A stretch of 64,000 nt of DNA from Bacteroidota bacterium (GTDB taxonomy: Bacteria > Bacteroidota > Bacteroidia > Flavobacteriales > Flavobacteriaceae): positions 30,056 through 94,055 of the forward strand of contig CANHHG010000001.1 of the NCBI GenBank assembly GCA_947460615.1, in the 5' to 3' direction. Positions within the stretch are counted from its first letter, which is position 1. Every line of letters begins with the position of its first letter. Below, one piece after another: positions 29,851 to 42,205 of this stretch. Below the pieces are notes generated by a model. It saw only the letters and a program-made list of their open reading frames with translations. It had not been told where the DNA came from and did not search any database. A program made the position numbers and the translations under genes.

Positions 29851-30182
29851 TGGCAAATTCAACCTCGGAAATTAATTTTTTCATAGACCTAGACGAAAAT
29901 AAAGTACCTGAAAAATTAAGGTGGTCCGCACAAGATGGAGGAGTGAATTCCGAAGAAGCAAAAGCAATTATGCTTTCTATTTGGGATAGCAAAACTAAAG
30001 AGTCATTGCGAATCGATTTATGGACAAAAGACATGCCGGTAGATGAGATGAAACTTTTTTTCCATCAAACATTAGTTGCTATGTCTGACACCTATTTGCG
30101 CGCAACGGGTGATGAAAAAATGTCAGAAACGATGAAAGATTTTTGTGATTATTTTGCTGAAAAATTGGAGTTGCTGAAGTAA
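29850..30182 (+). CDS. gldC: Gliding motility protein GldC
   Basis: LDEN.VPE...W.A.DG, LRIDLWTK.MPVDEMK.FFHQ. Confidence 0.92.
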   Translation: MANSTSEINFFIDLDENKVPEKLRWSAQDGGVNSEEAKAIMLSIWDSKTKESLRIDLWTKDMPVDEMKLFFHQTLVAMSDTYLRATGDEKMSETMKDFCDYFAEKLELLK

Positions 30183-30190
30183 TTTAATTT

Positions 30191-30811
30191 CTAAAACTCG
30201 CTATTGTTTTTAAAAACCTCTTGATTTACTTCATCAATATATTCCAGCAATTCCATCTTACCGGTCATTTCAGTTGCTGAAGTCACAAAATAATGAGGCA
30301 TTTCAGCCCAATTGTTTGCAAACATCTGTTTTTTGTATGCAGCAATATGAGCATTTATTTTAACTTTACTGATTTTATCAGCTTTTGTGAAAATGATACA
30401 AAAAGGGATTTCGCTTTCTCCCATGTAAGACATAAATTCTATGTCAATATTTTGAGCTTCATGACGTATGTCTATTAATACGAATGCGCAAACCAATTGT
30501 TCACGAGTTTCAAAATAATCAGTTATAAATTGTTGAAATATTGATTTAGTTTTTTTCGAAACTTTAGCATAACCGTAACCGGGTAAATCAACCAAAAACC
30601 AATTATTATTGATTAAAAAATGATTAATCAGCTGAGTTTTCCCTGGTCTTCCTGATGTTTTAGCTAAATTTTTATGATTGGTCAGCATGTTTATCAATGA
30701 AGATTTCCCAACGTTAGACCGTCCAATAAAAGCATATTCTGGCAAAAAGTCTTTGGGACATTTATCCACTTCTGAATTGCTAATAATAAATTCGGCGGTA
30801 TTAATTTTCAT
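30191..30811 (-). CDS. yihA: Ribosome biogenesis GTPase YihA/YsxC (EngB)
   Basis: GRSNVGKSSLIN, PGKTQ, DLPGYGYA, TKADK. Confidence 0.96.
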   Translation of the reverse strand: MKINTAEFIISNSEVDKCPKDFLPEYAFIGRSNVGKSSLINMLTNHKNLAKTSGRPGKTQLINHFLINNNWFLVDLPGYGYAKVSKKTKSIFQQFITDYFETREQLVCAFVLIDIRHEAQNIDIEFMSYMGESEIPFCIIFTKADKISKVKINAHIAAYKKQMFANNWAEMPHYFVTSATEMTGKMELLEYIDEVNQEVFKNNSEF

Positions 30812-30887
30812 AATCTATTTTGATTTTTTGCAAAGGTAGTTAAAAAAAACACCAAACAATTTTTGATATTATCCGGTGTAAATTATA

Positions 30888-31652
30888 TTATAGATCAACC
30901 TTTTTTAACCATTCAAGCATAATTTTGTTGAATTTATTTGGGCGTTCCATCATCGCAGCATGACCGCATTTATTAATCCAATATAAAGTAGAATTAGGCA
31001 GTAGCCTATTAAATTCAAGTGCTACTTCTGGTGGAGTTACAGAGTCATTTTTACCCCAAATAATACAAGTTGGAACGTGCATTTTCGGCAAATCTTTAGC
31101 CATATTATGGCGTATGGCACTTTTTGCAATGGTTAGTGTTTTTATCAACTTCATTCTATCGTTAGCCATACTAAAAACCTCGTCAACTATTTCTTTGGTG
31201 GCAATTTTAGGGTCGTAAAACACGGCCTCTGCTTTCCTTTGAATGTAATCATAATCTCCTCTTCTTGGGTAACTATCTCCCATAGAATTTTCATACAGTC
31301 CTGAACTTCCGGTAATTACAAGTCCTAACATTTTTTCAGGATACATTTTAGCATGATATAAAGCGATATGACCTCCTAATGAATTTCCCATTAAAATCAC
31401 TCTGTCAAAACCTTTAAAAACAATAAAATCTTTTACATATTTTGCAAAGGCCTTTACATTTGTTCGCAATAAGCTTTGAGTGTATATGGGTAATTCTGGA
31501 ATAATAATTTTGTAGCCCTTTTTAGAAAAATAGGCGCCTGTAGATTCAAAGTTGCTCAATCCCCCCATTAATCCATGTAATACGACTATTGGTGTTCCTT
31601 CTCCAGCTTCATAATAGGTGTAACGGCCTTCTTTTTTTAAGACTTGTTCCAT
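30888..31652 (-). CDS. Alpha/beta fold hydrolase
   Basis: LHGLMGG, GNSLGG, WG..D.V.P, CGHA. Start moved to MEQVLKK (31652), after the TATATTTG box at 31680-31687. Confidence 0.88.
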   Translation of the reverse strand: MEQVLKKEGRYTYYEAGEGTPIVVLHGLMGGLSNFESTGAYFSKKGYKIIIPELPIYTQSLLRTNVKAFAKYVKDFIVFKGFDRVILMGNSLGGHIALYHAKMYPEKMLGLVITGSSGLYENSMGDSYPRRGDYDYIQRKAEAVFYDPKIATKEIVDEVFSMANDRMKLIKTLTIAKSAIRHNMAKDLPKMHVPTCIIWGKNDSVTPPEVALEFNRLLPNSTLYWINKCGHAAMMERPNKFNKIMLEWLKKVDL

Positions 31653-31921
31653 GTGAATTTGTTGCTTTTTCAGTTTTGACAAATATACTATATAAATACG
31701 ATGATTTTTTAATAAGAAATTAAAAATTTTCTTCGATTTACAATTATTTAAAAAAAATCGATGCAATATTAATTCCAAGTTTTATGTCTGTTAAATCTTC
31801 ATTAAATTTTAAATAAAATCAATTTAAACTGACAAGACGCTATTTTCATTAGGTTTTTAAAGACTTGTATTAGAGTTATTTATGAGGCATAACCTCTTTT
31901 TTTAGTAGTTTTTTTATATAA

Positions 31922-31985
31922 GTGGGAAAACTTATTAACAAAGTGGTATTTTGTGGTAAATTGTGGGAATTTTTTTTTATTTTTG
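31922..31985 (+). promoter_or_regulatory. mraZ/dcw promoter with MraZ-binding GTGG direct repeats
   Basis: GTGG(G/T) at 31922, 31943, 31953 and 31963 (about 10-bp phasing), then TATTTTTG -7 box at 31978-31985. Confidence 0.8.
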
Positions 31986-32011
31986 TCATTATCATTTAAA
32001 AACAAGTAAAA

Positions 32012-32482
32012 TTGAATTCAATTATTGGAACATATGAATGCAAAGTTGATGCTAAAGGAAGGGTCCTTTTACCGGCGCCTTTAAAAAAGCAATTATCAGC
32101 CGCACTTTTAGATGGTTTTGTCTTGAAGCGTTCGGTTTTTCAGCCTTGTTTAGAATTATATCCAATGGCAGAATGGAACTTGATGATGAATAAAATCAAC
32201 AAGTTAAACCGATTTGTGAAAAAGAATAATGATTTTATTCGTCGTTTTACTGCTGGTGTAAAAGTTGTAGAAATAGACGCTTTGGGTAGATTATTAGTAC
32301 CTAAAGATTTGGTTGCCTTTGCATCAATTTCCAAAGATTTGGTGCTTTCTTCAGCAGTAAACATAGTTGAAATTTGGGACAAAGACTTATATGAAAACTT
32401 CATTTCTAATGATGAAGTTGACTTTGCAGATTTAGCAGAAGAAGTAATGGGTAATGTAAATGATGACAATGGAGTATCATAA
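32012..32482 (+). CDS. mraZ: Division/cell wall cluster transcriptional repressor MraZ
   Basis: DAKGR..LP and D..GRLL.P repeats; first gene of the dcw cluster. Confidence 0.95.
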   Translation: MNSIIGTYECKVDAKGRVLLPAPLKKQLSAALLDGFVLKRSVFQPCLELYPMAEWNLMMNKINKLNRFVKKNNDFIRRFTAGVKVVEIDALGRLLVPKDLVAFASISKDLVLSSAVNIVEIWDKDLYENFISNDEVDFADLAEEVMGNVNDDNGVS

Positions 32483-33365
32483 TCCTGTATTGTTAAAAGA
32501 ATCGGTTGATGGGCTAAACATTAATCCTGACGGCGTTTATGTAGATGTGACTTTTGGTGGTGGTGGGCACTCAAGAGAAATCTTGAGCAGGTTAAGTTCC
32601 AAAGGTAAATTATATGCTTTTGATCAAGATGAGGATGCACTTGCAAACACCATTGATGACGAACGTTTTATATTAATAAATGAAAATTTTCGATTTATAA
32701 AAAGATTTTTACGTTTTCACAATGTTAAAATTGTAGATGGAATTTTAGGAGATTTGGGCGTTTCCTCTCACCAATTTGATGTTGCTGAAAGAGGATTTTC
32801 TACCCGTTTTGAAGGTGAATTGGATATGCGAATGAGCCAAAAACAAGATTTAAATGCTTACAAGGTAGTTAATGAATACGACGAAGCTAATTTAAGAAGA
32901 GTATTTCTTGATTATGGTGAATTAAAAAATGCTCCAGTGATAGCTAGAGTAATTATTGAAGCCCGCGAGTTTGAACCTATTAAAAATACGGAACAGTTAA
33001 AAGTGGTTTTAGGTCGTTTCTTGCAAGCGCATAAAAGTCACAAGATATTGGCTCAAATGTATCAAGCCATTCGAATAGAAGTCAATCAGGAAATGGAAGT
33101 TTTAAAAGAGTTTTTAGAGCAATCCTTAGATATTTTGAAACCAGGAGGAAGATTAAGTGTGATATCCTATCATTCATTAGAAGATAGATTGGTAAAAAGA
33201 ATTATGAAAAATGGAATGTTTGAAGGTGAGCCAGAACGTGATTTCTTTGGAAACTTTTCAGTACCATTTAAATCCATTGGTAAATTAATTGTTCCAGATT
33301 TCCAAGAAATAAAAAGCAATAATAGAGCACGAAGCGCAAAATTAAGAATTGCTGAAAAGAAGTAG
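32460..33365 (+). CDS. rsmH: 16S rRNA m4C1402 methyltransferase
   Basis: H.PVLL.E, D.TFGGGGHS, DLGVSS.Q, LDMRM, SYHSLEDR, N.RARSAKLR; start could be a nearby downstream Met. Confidence 0.97.
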   Translation: MMTMEYHNPVLLKESVDGLNINPDGVYVDVTFGGGGHSREILSRLSSKGKLYAFDQDEDALANTIDDERFILINENFRFIKRFLRFHNVKIVDGILGDLGVSSHQFDVAERGFSTRFEGELDMRMSQKQDLNAYKVVNEYDEANLRRVFLDYGELKNAPVIARVIIEAREFEPIKNTEQLKVVLGRFLQAHKSHKILAQMYQAIRIEVNQEMEVLKEFLEQSLDILKPGGRLSVISYHSLEDRLVKRIMKNGMFEGEPERDFFGNFSVPFKSIGKLIVPDFQEIKSNNRARSAKLRIAEKK

Positions 33366-33368
33366 AAA

Positions 33369-33719
33369 ATGAAAAACGGTGTTTATAGCATTTTAAAGGC
33401 TAGATTTTTAATCAATGAAGAAGCGAATGCGGCTAAGAATTGGCGTTTTATAGTTTTTTTGATTCTACTAGCGATAATTATGATAGCCAACAACAACAAC
33501 GTCGATCAAAAAGTATTCAAAATAATTCAGTTAACAGGAGAAGTAAAGGAGTTGCGCTCAGAATTTGTAGATCGAAGATCAGAATTAATGAAATTAAAAA
33601 TGGAGTCGACAGTAACTCAAAAAATGGCTGTAAAAGGGATTTTACCTGCAGCTACTCCGCCTGTTAAAGTAATAATAAAGAAAAAAGAAGATAAAGGATT
33701 TTTTAATAATCTATGGTAG
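33369..33719 (+). CDS. ftsL: FtsL-like cell division protein
   Basis: Single TM helix plus coiled coil, located between rsmH and the PBP gene. Confidence 0.8.
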   Translation: MKNGVYSILKARFLINEEANAAKNWRFIVFLILLAIIMIANNNNVDQKVFKIIQLTGEVKELRSEFVDRRSELMKLKMESTVTQKMAVKGILPAATPPVKVIIKKKEDKGFFNNLW

Positions 33720-35716
33720 AAGATAATAAAAATAGCATTTTAAGAATTTATATCGTTGCAGTTGTCATCTTTTTTATGGCGCTTGCAATTGTGATAAAAA
33801 TCACTAATATCCAATGGGTAGAGGGTGATTCTTTGCGTAAATTAGCTAATAAACATTCTATAAAAAACTTTGTTATTCCTGCAAATAAAGGGAATATTTA
33901 CTCTGCCGACGGCAGTTTATTAGCTACTTCAGTTCCAAATTACAACATTCGTTTTGATGCTTTAGCACCTAATACCAAAGATTTTCAAAAATACATCAAA
34001 CCTTTATCCGATTCTTTAGGGGTGCTATTTAACAAACCAAGTAATTTTTTCCAATTGGAACTAACTAGAGCTAGGACCAGCGGTAATAAATTTTATTTAT
34101 TGGCTAGGGATTTAAATTACACCGATTACATGAGAATTAAAGAATTCCCGCTTTTTAAATTAGGAATATACAGAGGCGGAATTATAGTGGAACAAAAAGT
34201 AATTAGAAAACATCCAATTGGTGAAATAGCTTCAAGAACTATTGGTTATGAGAGAATTACTCCTGAAGGCTTGCCTGATGGAAAAGGAATTGAGTGGGCT
34301 TTCAGAAAATATTTAAATGGTAAAGATGGTAAAGTTCTTAAGCAGAAAATTGCTAAAGGACAATGGAAACCCATCCGTGATGTGAATGAGGTGGAGCCTC
34401 AAGACGGCTACGATATAATTTCTACTCTGGACGTTTATATTCAGGACATTGCTCATCATGCTTTGTTAGATCAGTTATTGAAGTTTAAAGCAGAACATGG
34501 ATGTGTAGTTGTTATGGAAACCAAAACGGGCTACATTAAAGCAATTTCAAACTTGGGTAAAATTGGTGATAATAAATATGCTGAAACTACAAATTATGCT
34601 ATCCAAGAATCACATGAACCAGGTTCTACTTATAAATTAGCAGATATGATGGCGCTATTGGAAGATAAAAAAGTAGATACAAGTACCGTATTTAATACCA
34701 ATGGTGGTAAAATGATGATTGGGGGAAGAAAAGTAGAAGATTCTCATGAAGGCGGTTATGGGATTATTTCTTTAGGAAAAGGATTTGAAAAATCATCCAA
34801 TACTGTTTTAGTACAAGCGGTATATAATAATTATAAAAAAAATCCAGCGGAGTTTATAAATCATTTAAACGCTTATGGTTTAAATAAACCATTAGGACTC
34901 TCTATTCAGGGAGAGGGCATTCCAAGAATTCCACAACCTACAGATAAACTTTGGTCACCGATGTCATTGCCGTCAATGGCTTTTGGATATGAAGTTTCTA
35001 TAACGCCGTTACAAACATTGACTTTCTATAATTCAGTTGCTAATAATGGTGAAATGGTAAAACCTCAATTTGTATCTGAAATTAAAGAATGGAATAAGAC
35101 CATTAAAAAATTCGATAAAATTGTAATGAATCCTAAGATATGTTCTAATGCAACTATTTTAAAATTAAGAGCTGTTTTGGAAAATGTGGTTAAACGCGGA
35201 ACTGCAAAAGATCTTTATTCAAAAGATTTTTCATTCGCAGGAAAAACAGGAACTGCACAAGCTAATTATGAATTAAATGGAGGTGCAGACAAACATTACA
35301 TATCATCATTTGTAGGTTACTTTCCTGCAGAAAATCCAAAGTATTCTTGTATTGTAGTAGTTCATAAACCAGATACTTCAACGAATCAATATTATGGTGC
35401 CGATGTTGCAGGACCTGTCTTTACTAGAATAGCTCAAAAAATATTTACAGATTCTCCAACTAAAAATGTAGTAAAAAATTTAGAACTTAAAAATTCAAAT
35501 CAAGAAAAAAGCTATTCGGATTACTATACAAAATTACAAGAAAAAAAGAATGTCATTCCTAATTTGAAGGGAATGTCTGGAATGGACGCGGTTGCTTTAT
35601 TAGGAAATTTAAAAGTAAAAGTAAAAATTATTGGGGTTGGAAAAGTGAAAAAACAATCCTTAAACCCGGGAGAAGCAATTAAGAGTAATACAATTATAAC
35701 ATTAGAATTATCGTGA
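33713..35716 (+). CDS. ftsI: Class B penicillin-binding protein (PBP3/FtsI) with PASTA domain
   Basis: EPGSTYK (SxxK), SSN, KTGTAQ, C-terminal PASTA. Confidence 0.93.
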   Translation: MVEDNKNSILRIYIVAVVIFFMALAIVIKITNIQWVEGDSLRKLANKHSIKNFVIPANKGNIYSADGSLLATSVPNYNIRFDALAPNTKDFQKYIKPLSDSLGVLFNKPSNFFQLELTRARTSGNKFYLLARDLNYTDYMRIKEFPLFKLGIYRGGIIVEQKVIRKHPIGEIASRTIGYERITPEGLPDGKGIEWAFRKYLNGKDGKVLKQKIAKGQWKPIRDVNEVEPQDGYDIISTLDVYIQDIAHHALLDQLLKFKAEHGCVVVMETKTGYIKAISNLGKIGDNKYAETTNYAIQESHEPGSTYKLADMMALLEDKKVDTSTVFNTNGGKMMIGGRKVEDSHEGGYGIISLGKGFEKSSNTVLVQAVYNNYKKNPAEFINHLNAYGLNKPLGLSIQGEGIPRIPQPTDKLWSPMSLPSMAFGYEVSITPLQTLTFYNSVANNGEMVKPQFVSEIKEWNKTIKKFDKIVMNPKICSNATILKLRAVLENVVKRGTAKDLYSKDFSFAGKTGTAQANYELNGGADKHYISSFVGYFPAENPKYSCIVVVHKPDTSTNQYYGADVAGPVFTRIAQKIFTDSPTKNVVKNLELKNSNQEKSYSDYYTKLQEKKNVIPNLKGMSGMDAVALLGNLKVKVKIIGVGKVKKQSLNPGEAIKSNTIITLELS

Positions 35717-37176
35717 TTAATTTAAAAGACATACTTTGGAAAGTAGCAATTGAAGCCGTTCACGGTTCAACCGATGTTGCTATTCAAAAAATGGAATTTG
35801 ATTCTCGTAAAGTAGCTGAGAAGGATGTCTTTATTGCAGTTCGCGGAACAATTTCTGACGGACATAAATTCATAGAAACGGCTATAAACCAAGGGGCTAT
35901 TGCAATTATTTGTGATGCTTTCCCAGAAGTTTTTATTACAGGAATAACATACATTAAAGTATACGATACCAATAAGGCAATGGCTTTTATGGCTGCAAAT
36001 TATTTTGATAATCCTTCGCAAAAATTAAAATTAATAGGCATTACTGGAACTAATGGAAAAACTACAATTGCCTCTTTATTGTTTCAGTTATTCCAAAAAG
36101 CAGGTCATAAAACGGGATTGCTTTCTACAGTTAAAATTGTTGTTGATACCAACGAATATAAAGCGACCCACACCACACCGGATTCTATTTCTATTAATCA
36201 TTATTTAAATGAAATGGTGGAAGCTGGAGTTGAATACTGCTTTATGGAAGTGAGCTCGCATGGGATTCATCAAAAAAGAACGGAGGGTTTAAATTTTACG
36301 GGTGGAGTTTTTACCAATTTGTCTCACGACCATTTAGATTACCACTCTTCATTTTCTGAATATCGAGATGTAAAAAAAGCATTTTTCGATTCTTTACCAA
36401 AGAATGCTTTTGCATTGTCTAATATAGATGATAAGAACGGGACAGTAATGATGCAAAATACGGCTGCAAAAAAATTGACTTATGCTTTAAAAACCTATGC
36501 TGATTATAAAGCCCAAATATTAGAAAATCAATTATCCGGATTGTTACTTAAAATTAATGACAATGAAGTATGGGTTCGATTAATAGGAACTTTTAATGCC
36601 TATAATTTGCTAGCTATTTATGGAACAGCTGTAGAACTAGGTATGGAATCTTTAGAAGTGCTTCGTTTATTGTCAGAGTTAGAAAGCGTTTCAGGCAGAT
36701 TTCAGTATATAATTTCTAATGGTAAAATCACTGCTATTGTTGATTATGCCCACACTCCAGATGCTTTAGAAAACGTTTTAAAAACAATTAATGATATTCG
36801 AACTAAAAACGAACAATTAATAACCGTCGTAGGTTGTGGAGGGGATAGAGATAAAACCAAAAGGCCAATAATGGCAGATATTGCATCCAACTTAAGTGAT
36901 AAAACAATCATGACTTCTGATAATCCAAGAACTGAAAATCCGGAAACTATTATTGAAGAAATGGAGCGCGGTGTAGCACCTCAAAATTATAAAAAAACAG
37001 TTTCTATAATTGATAGAAAACAAGCTATAAAAACAGCATGCCAGTTAGCTCAGTCAAACGATATTATTCTTATTGCAGGGAAAGGTCATGAAACCTATCA
37101 GGAAATTAATGGAGTCCGCCATGATTTTGACGACATGAAAATTGTAAAAGAAATGTTAGACCAATTGAACAAATAA
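35713..37176 (+). CDS. murE: UDP-MurNAc-tripeptide synthetase (meso-DAP-type)
   Basis: [30 protein letters not shown]. Confidence 0.97.
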   Translation: MINLKDILWKVAIEAVHGSTDVAIQKMEFDSRKVAEKDVFIAVRGTISDGHKFIETAINQGAIAIICDAFPEVFITGITYIKVYDTNKAMAFMAANYFDNPSQKLKLIGITGTNGKTTIASLLFQLFQKAGHKTGLLSTVKIVVDTNEYKATHTTPDSISINHYLNEMVEAGVEYCFMEVSSHGIHQKRTEGLNFTGGVFTNLSHDHLDYHSSFSEYRDVKKAFFDSLPKNAFALSNIDDKNGTVMMQNTAAKKLTYALKTYADYKAQILENQLSGLLLKINDNEVWVRLIGTFNAYNLLAIYGTAVELGMESLEVLRLLSELESVSGRFQYIISNGKITAIVDYAHTPDALENVLKTINDIRTKNEQLITVVGCGGDRDKTKRPIMADIASNLSDKTIMTSDNPRTENPETIIEEMERGVAPQNYKKTVSIIDRKQAIKTACQLAQSNDIILIAGKGHETYQEINGVRHDFDDMKIVKEMLDQLNK

Positions 37177-37186
37177 AATTCAGAAT

Positions 37187-38413
37187 ATGTTATACTATTT
37201 ATTTGAATACCTGCACAAAGCCTTAAATATTCCAGGTACTGGAGTGTTTCAGTATATTACGTTTAGATCTGCACTGGCACTAATTTTATCATTATTGATT
37301 TCTACCATTTTTGGTAAAAGAATTATTAATTTTTTGAGAAATCAACAGGTGGGAGAAACAGTTCGAGAACTGGGTCTTGAGGGGCAATCTCAAAAAGCAG
37401 GTACGCCAACAATGGGGGGGTTAATAATAATTATAGCGACCTTAATTCCTGTTTTATTACTTACAAAATTAAATAATATCTATATCATCCTTTTAATTGT
37501 AACAACCATTTGGATGGGAACTATAGGCTTTATAGATGATTATATTAAAATTTTTAAAAAAGATAAAGAGGGTTTAAAAGGTATTTTTAAAGTAATTGGA
37601 CAAGTAGGCTTAGGCATTATTGTAGGTTCCGTTTTGTATTTACATCCCGATGTAACTGTTAGAAGTGAAACCAACAATAAAGTACCACTGGTGCAAACAG
37701 AAAATGTGTTTCAACAAGCGCCAATTGAAGAAAAATCGACTGCCACAACCATCCCGTTTTTTAAAAACAACGAGTTCGATTATGCTGAAATACTAGCTTG
37801 GACAGGGGAAGGCTATAAAAATTGGGCCTGGTTGATTTTTATTCCATTTGTGATTTTTATCATTACCGCTGTCTCAAATGGAGCTAATTTAACTGATGGG
37901 ATTGACGGTTTGGCTGCAGGCACATCCGCAATTTCTGTACTCGCATTGGCTATTTTCACTTTCGTTTCTGGGAATATCGTTTTTTCCAATTATTTGAACA
38001 TTATGTACATCCCGGATTCTGGGGAAATGACTGTTTTTATAGCTGCTTTTATTGGAGCACTAGTTGGATTTTTATGGTATAATTCTTATCCAGCATCTGT
38101 ATTTATGGGTGATACAGGTAGTTTAACCATTGGAGGAATAATTGCTGTATTAGCTATCTCTGTTCGTAAAGAAATGCTAATTCCTTTGGTTTGCGGAATT
38201 TTCTTAGCAGAGAATTTTTCGGTTGTTCTTCAAGTTACCTATTTCAAATATACCAAAAAGCGGTTCGGTGAGGGCAAACGAATATTTTTAATGTCGCCAC
38301 TTCATCATCACTATCAGAAAAAAGGATATCACGAAAGTAAAATCGTAACCCGATTTTGGATTGTAGGTATACTGTTAGCCATAGTTTCAATTGTAACATT
38401 GAAATTGAGGTAA
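37187..38413 (+). CDS. mraY: Phospho-MurNAc-pentapeptide transferase
   Basis: [38 protein letters not shown]. Confidence 0.98.
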   Translation: MLYYLFEYLHKALNIPGTGVFQYITFRSALALILSLLISTIFGKRIINFLRNQQVGETVRELGLEGQSQKAGTPTMGGLIIIIATLIPVLLLTKLNNIYIILLIVTTIWMGTIGFIDDYIKIFKKDKEGLKGIFKVIGQVGLGIIVGSVLYLHPDVTVRSETNNKVPLVQTENVFQQAPIEEKSTATTIPFFKNNEFDYAEILAWTGEGYKNWAWLIFIPFVIFIITAVSNGANLTDGIDGLAAGTSAISVLALAIFTFVSGNIVFSNYLNIMYIPDSGEMTVFIAAFIGALVGFLWYNSYPASVFMGDTGSLTIGGIIAVLAISVRKEMLIPLVCGIFLAENFSVVLQVTYFKYTKKRFGEGKRIFLMSPLHHHYQKKGYHESKIVTRFWIVGILLAIVSIVTLKLR

Positions 38414-38414
38414 T

Positions 38415-39746
38415 ATGAGATTAGTCATACTTGGTGGTGGCGAAAGCGGAGTTGGAACCGCTATTCTAGGAAAGAAACAAGGATATGATGTTTTTGTTTC
38501 TGATTTTGGGAAAATAAAGCAAAATTATAAGGACGTTCTTAATCAATACGGTATAATTTGGGAAGAAGAGAAGCATACAGAAGAGGCAATTTTGAATGCT
38601 GATGTGGTGATGAAAAGCCCCGGAATTCCTGAAAAATCTCCAATTGTAAAATTGCTAATCGCAAATAATGTTCCAGTAATTTCTGAGATTGAGTTTGCTG
38701 CCCCTTTTACAAAAGCAAAAACAATTGGAATAACCGGGAGTAATGGTAAAACTACCACTACTATGTTAACCTACCATCTATTAAAATCGGGAGGTTTAAA
38801 TGTTGGCTTGGGTGGTAATATTGGAAAAAGTTTTGCCTGGCAAGTAGCAGAAGATAATTACGATTTCTACGTGTTGGAATTAAGTAGTTTTCAGTTGGAT
38901 GGTATTATAAATTATAAACCAGAAATTGCAATTATTACCAATATTAGCCCGGATCATTTAGATCGGTATGAATATAAATATGAAAATTACATTGCCTCAA
39001 AATTTAGAATTACAATGAATCAAACCGAGAATGATTTTTTGATTTATGATGCAGATGATGAAGCAATGTCAGAATGGTTTAAAAATAATAAAACAAAAGC
39101 ACAATTAATTCCTTTTTCAATTTCTAAAGCACTAGAAAAAGGAGCATTTTTAAAAGATAACACTATGGAAATCAACATCAACGAGGAAGAATTTGTAATG
39201 GAAACACAATACATTGCATTAGAAGGAAAACACAACATGAAAAACGCAATGGCAGCAACTTCGGTAGCGAAATTGATGCAAATTCGCAAACAAACTATTC
39301 GTGAAAGTTTGTCCAATTTTCAGGGGGTTGAACACCGTTTGGAAAAAGTACTAAAAATTCAAAATGTACAATATATAAACGATTCTAAAGCAACCAATGT
39401 AAATGCTACTTTCTTTGCATTAGATAGCATGAATACGCCAACTATATGGATTGTGGGTGGTGTTGATAAAGGAAACGATTATTCTGAATTAATGTCTTTA
39501 GTGCATGAAAAAGTGAAAGCAATAATTTGTCTTGGTGTTGATAACAAGAAAATTATCGATTCATTTGGTAATATCGTGGATATGATGATTGAAGTTTCTG
39601 ATATGAGAGATGCCGTTACCATGGCGCAAAGATTAGCAGAAAAAGGAGATACAGTGCTTTTATCGCCAGCATGTGCAAGTTTTGATTTATTTCAAAACTA
39701 TGAGGATAGAGGAAATCAATTTAAAAATGCGGTACAACATTTGTAA
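38415..39746 (+). CDS. murD: UDP-MurNAc-L-Ala:D-Glu ligase
   Basis: SPGIP, GSNGKTTT, ELSSFQL, NDSKATN, LSPACASFD. Confidence 0.98.
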   Translation: MRLVILGGGESGVGTAILGKKQGYDVFVSDFGKIKQNYKDVLNQYGIIWEEEKHTEEAILNADVVMKSPGIPEKSPIVKLLIANNVPVISEIEFAAPFTKAKTIGITGSNGKTTTTMLTYHLLKSGGLNVGLGGNIGKSFAWQVAEDNYDFYVLELSSFQLDGIINYKPEIAIITNISPDHLDRYEYKYENYIASKFRITMNQTENDFLIYDADDEAMSEWFKNNKTKAQLIPFSISKALEKGAFLKDNTMEININEEEFVMETQYIALEGKHNMKNAMAATSVAKLMQIRKQTIRESLSNFQGVEHRLEKVLKIQNVQYINDSKATNVNATFFALDSMNTPTIWIVGGVDKGNDYSELMSLVHEKVKAIICLGVDNKKIIDSFGNIVDMMIEVSDMRDAVTMAQRLAEKGDTVLLSPACASFDLFQNYEDRGNQFKNAVQHL

Positions 39747-39785
39747 AAAGTGTAGGGTATTTAGCTTAAAGTATAAGGGTTAATT

Positions 39786-41102
39786 ATGAAAGAACTAATA
39801 AACAATTTAAAAGGAGATAAAGTAATATGGACATTCGTTGCCCTTTTGGCTTTGTTTTCGTTTATGCCAGTTTTTAGTGCGAGTAGTAATTTGGCTTTCA
39901 TGAATGGTGGTGACGGAAACACAATCAGTTATCTGTTGACCCATTTGGCACATATTTTCATGGGATTCCTAATTATTTATGGTGTTCACAAAATCCCTTA
40001 CCATTACTTTAGGCCTATTTCAAAAATTGCTCTTCCTATAGTTTGGGTACTTTTAGCCTACACTTTGGTTAAGGGAACTGTCATTGCTGGTGCCAATGCA
40101 AGTCGATGGATAAAAGTTCCCTTCATTGGAATTACATTTCAAACGTCAACATTTGCATCTGTAGTATTAATGATTTTTGTAGCTAGATATCTTTCAAGAA
40201 AATCGGAAGAACCAGTAACTTTTAAGTCTTCGTTTATTGATTTATGGATTCCCGTATTTATAACTTTGGGTTTTATCTTGCCTGCCAATTTTTCTACTAC
40301 AGCTTTGATTTTTTCCATGGTTATCATGCTGACATTTGTTGGTAATTACCCACTTAAATATATAGGAATTATCATCGGGTCCGGAATTGTATTTTTAATA
40401 TTTTTTGTAATCTTATCAAAAGCATTTCCTGATTCTAAGTTTTTTAATAGAGTAGGAACCTGGACCAGTAGAATTGAAAATTATACTTCTAATAAACCTG
40501 GTGAAGACGATTATCAAATTAAAAATGCAAAAATTGCAATAGCATCAGGAGGAATATATGGATTAGGACCTGGAAAAAGTGTACAAAAAAATGTATTACC
40601 GCAATCCTCATCTGATTTTATCTATGCAATTATTGTTGAAGAATATGGATTAATAGGTGGCCTTTTAGTACTTAGTTTGTATCTGTTGCTTTTCTTTAGA
40701 TTTATTGTTGCAGCTCATAAAGCCAATACACTATTTGGAAAATTAGTAGTAGTAGGACTCGGTTTTCCTATGATATTTCAAGCGCTCATTAATATGGGTG
40801 TTGCTGTTGAGTTACTTCCAGTAACAGGGCAAACATTACCATTAATAAGTAGTGGGGGAAGCTCAATTTGGATGACTTGTGTATCTCTTGGGATCATAAT
40901 TGGGGTAACCAAAAAAGAAGAAGAAATAGCTCAAGAGCAAAGTGAAGCTGAAAAAAGAGAACAAATTTTACAAAAATTAATTGACGAGCAAATCGAAAAA
41001 GAAAATGCGCTTGAGCAAGAAGAAATAATAGAAAACAACAATTATTCAATAGAAGATGCTTCGGCAAATCCTATGGAACCCGTTTTGAAAAAAAATAAAT
41101 AA
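39786..41102 (+). CDS. ftsW: SEDS family cell division protein FtsW
   Basis: [39 protein letters not shown]; dcw position. Confidence 0.93.
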   Translation: MKELINNLKGDKVIWTFVALLALFSFMPVFSASSNLAFMNGGDGNTISYLLTHLAHIFMGFLIIYGVHKIPYHYFRPISKIALPIVWVLLAYTLVKGTVIAGANASRWIKVPFIGITFQTSTFASVVLMIFVARYLSRKSEEPVTFKSSFIDLWIPVFITLGFILPANFSTTALIFSMVIMLTFVGNYPLKYIGIIIGSGIVFLIFFVILSKAFPDSKFFNRVGTWTSRIENYTSNKPGEDDYQIKNAKIAIASGGIYGLGPGKSVQKNVLPQSSSDFIYAIIVEEYGLIGGLLVLSLYLLLFFRFIVAAHKANTLFGKLVVVGLGFPMIFQALINMGVAVELLPVTGQTLPLISSGGSSIWMTCVSLGIIIGVTKKEEEIAQEQSEAEKREQILQKLIDEQIEKENALEQEEIIENNNYSIEDASANPMEPVLKKNK

Positions 41103-42190
41103 TGGAGAATCATAAATTCATAATTAGCGGTGGCGGAACTGGGGGGCATATTTACCCAGCAATAGCTATTGCAAATGAATTGAAATCGCGTTTTCCAAAA
41201 GCAGAATTTTTATTTGTTGGTGCTCAAGATAAAATGGAAATGCAAAAAGTTCCTCAATCAGGTTATACTATTAAAGGACTTTGGATTGCTGGCTTGCAAA
41301 GAAAATTAACCCTGCAAAATTTACTTTTTCCTATAAAATTATTGAGTAGCCTTTGGAAATCTAGAGCAATAATTAAGAGCTTTAAGCCCGATGTGGTAAT
41401 TGGTACTGGAGGATTTGCATCGGGTCCATTATTGCAAATAGCGAATTTATTAAACATTCCAACATTAATTCAAGAGCAGAATTCCTATCCTGGAATTACC
41501 AATAAATTATTGAGTAAAAAGGCCAATAAGATTTGTGTAGCCTATGAGAATTTAGAGCGTTTTTTTCCAAATGAAAAGATGATTCTAACTGGAAATCCCG
41601 TTCGCCAAGATTTAATAGCAATTGATAGTAAAAGAGAGGAAGCAATTAAACATTTCAATTTGGATCCTTCCAAAAAAACGCTTCTAGTATTAGGAGGAAG
41701 TTTGGGGGCTAGAAAAGTGAATCAATTAATTGAAAAAGAACTCGATTTTTTTGCTTCTCAAAACGTACAGATTATCTGGCAATGTGGAAAATTCTATTTG
41801 GATGAATATAAAAAATACAATTCCGATACTGTTCAGGTTTTTGCCTTTTTAGATAAAATGGATTTGGTTTATGCCGCTGCTGATTTTGTGATTTCAAGAG
41901 CGGGTGCGTCGTCGGTTTCTGAATTGAGCATTGTGGGTAAACCGGTACTATTTATTCCATCACCCAATGTGGCGGAAGACCATCAAACTAAAAATGCCAA
42001 ATCGGTAGTGGATAAAAATGGGGCATTGATGATTAAAGAAAGTGAATTGGATGAAAATTTCAATTCTGTTTTTACTGATTTAGTAGCTAATGCTAAATTG
42101 CAAAAGCAACTTTCTGAGAATATAAAAAAGTTAGCTAAAGTTCATGCTACCAAAGATATTGTTGATGAAATTGTGAAACTGATAAAATAA
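41102..42190 (+). CDS. murG: Lipid II GlcNAc transferase
   Basis: [33 protein letters not shown]. Confidence 0.98.
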   Translation: MENHKFIISGGGTGGHIYPAIAIANELKSRFPKAEFLFVGAQDKMEMQKVPQSGYTIKGLWIAGLQRKLTLQNLLFPIKLLSSLWKSRAIIKSFKPDVVIGTGGFASGPLLQIANLLNIPTLIQEQNSYPGITNKLLSKKANKICVAYENLERFFPNEKMILTGNPVRQDLIAIDSKREEAIKHFNLDPSKKTLLVLGGSLGARKVNQLIEKELDFFASQNVQIIWQCGKFYLDEYKKYNSDTVQVFAFLDKMDLVYAAADFVISRAGASSVSELSIVGKPVLFIPSPNVAEDHQTKNAKSVVDKNGALMIKESELDENFNSVFTDLVANAKLQKQLSENIKKLAKVHATKDIVDEIVKLIK

Positions 42191-42205
42191 TTATAATCCA
42201 AATAA

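Noticed and set aside
31922-31967. Phased GTGG repeats as a novel element
   Set aside because: Explained by known MraZ operator repeats; listed as a feature only.
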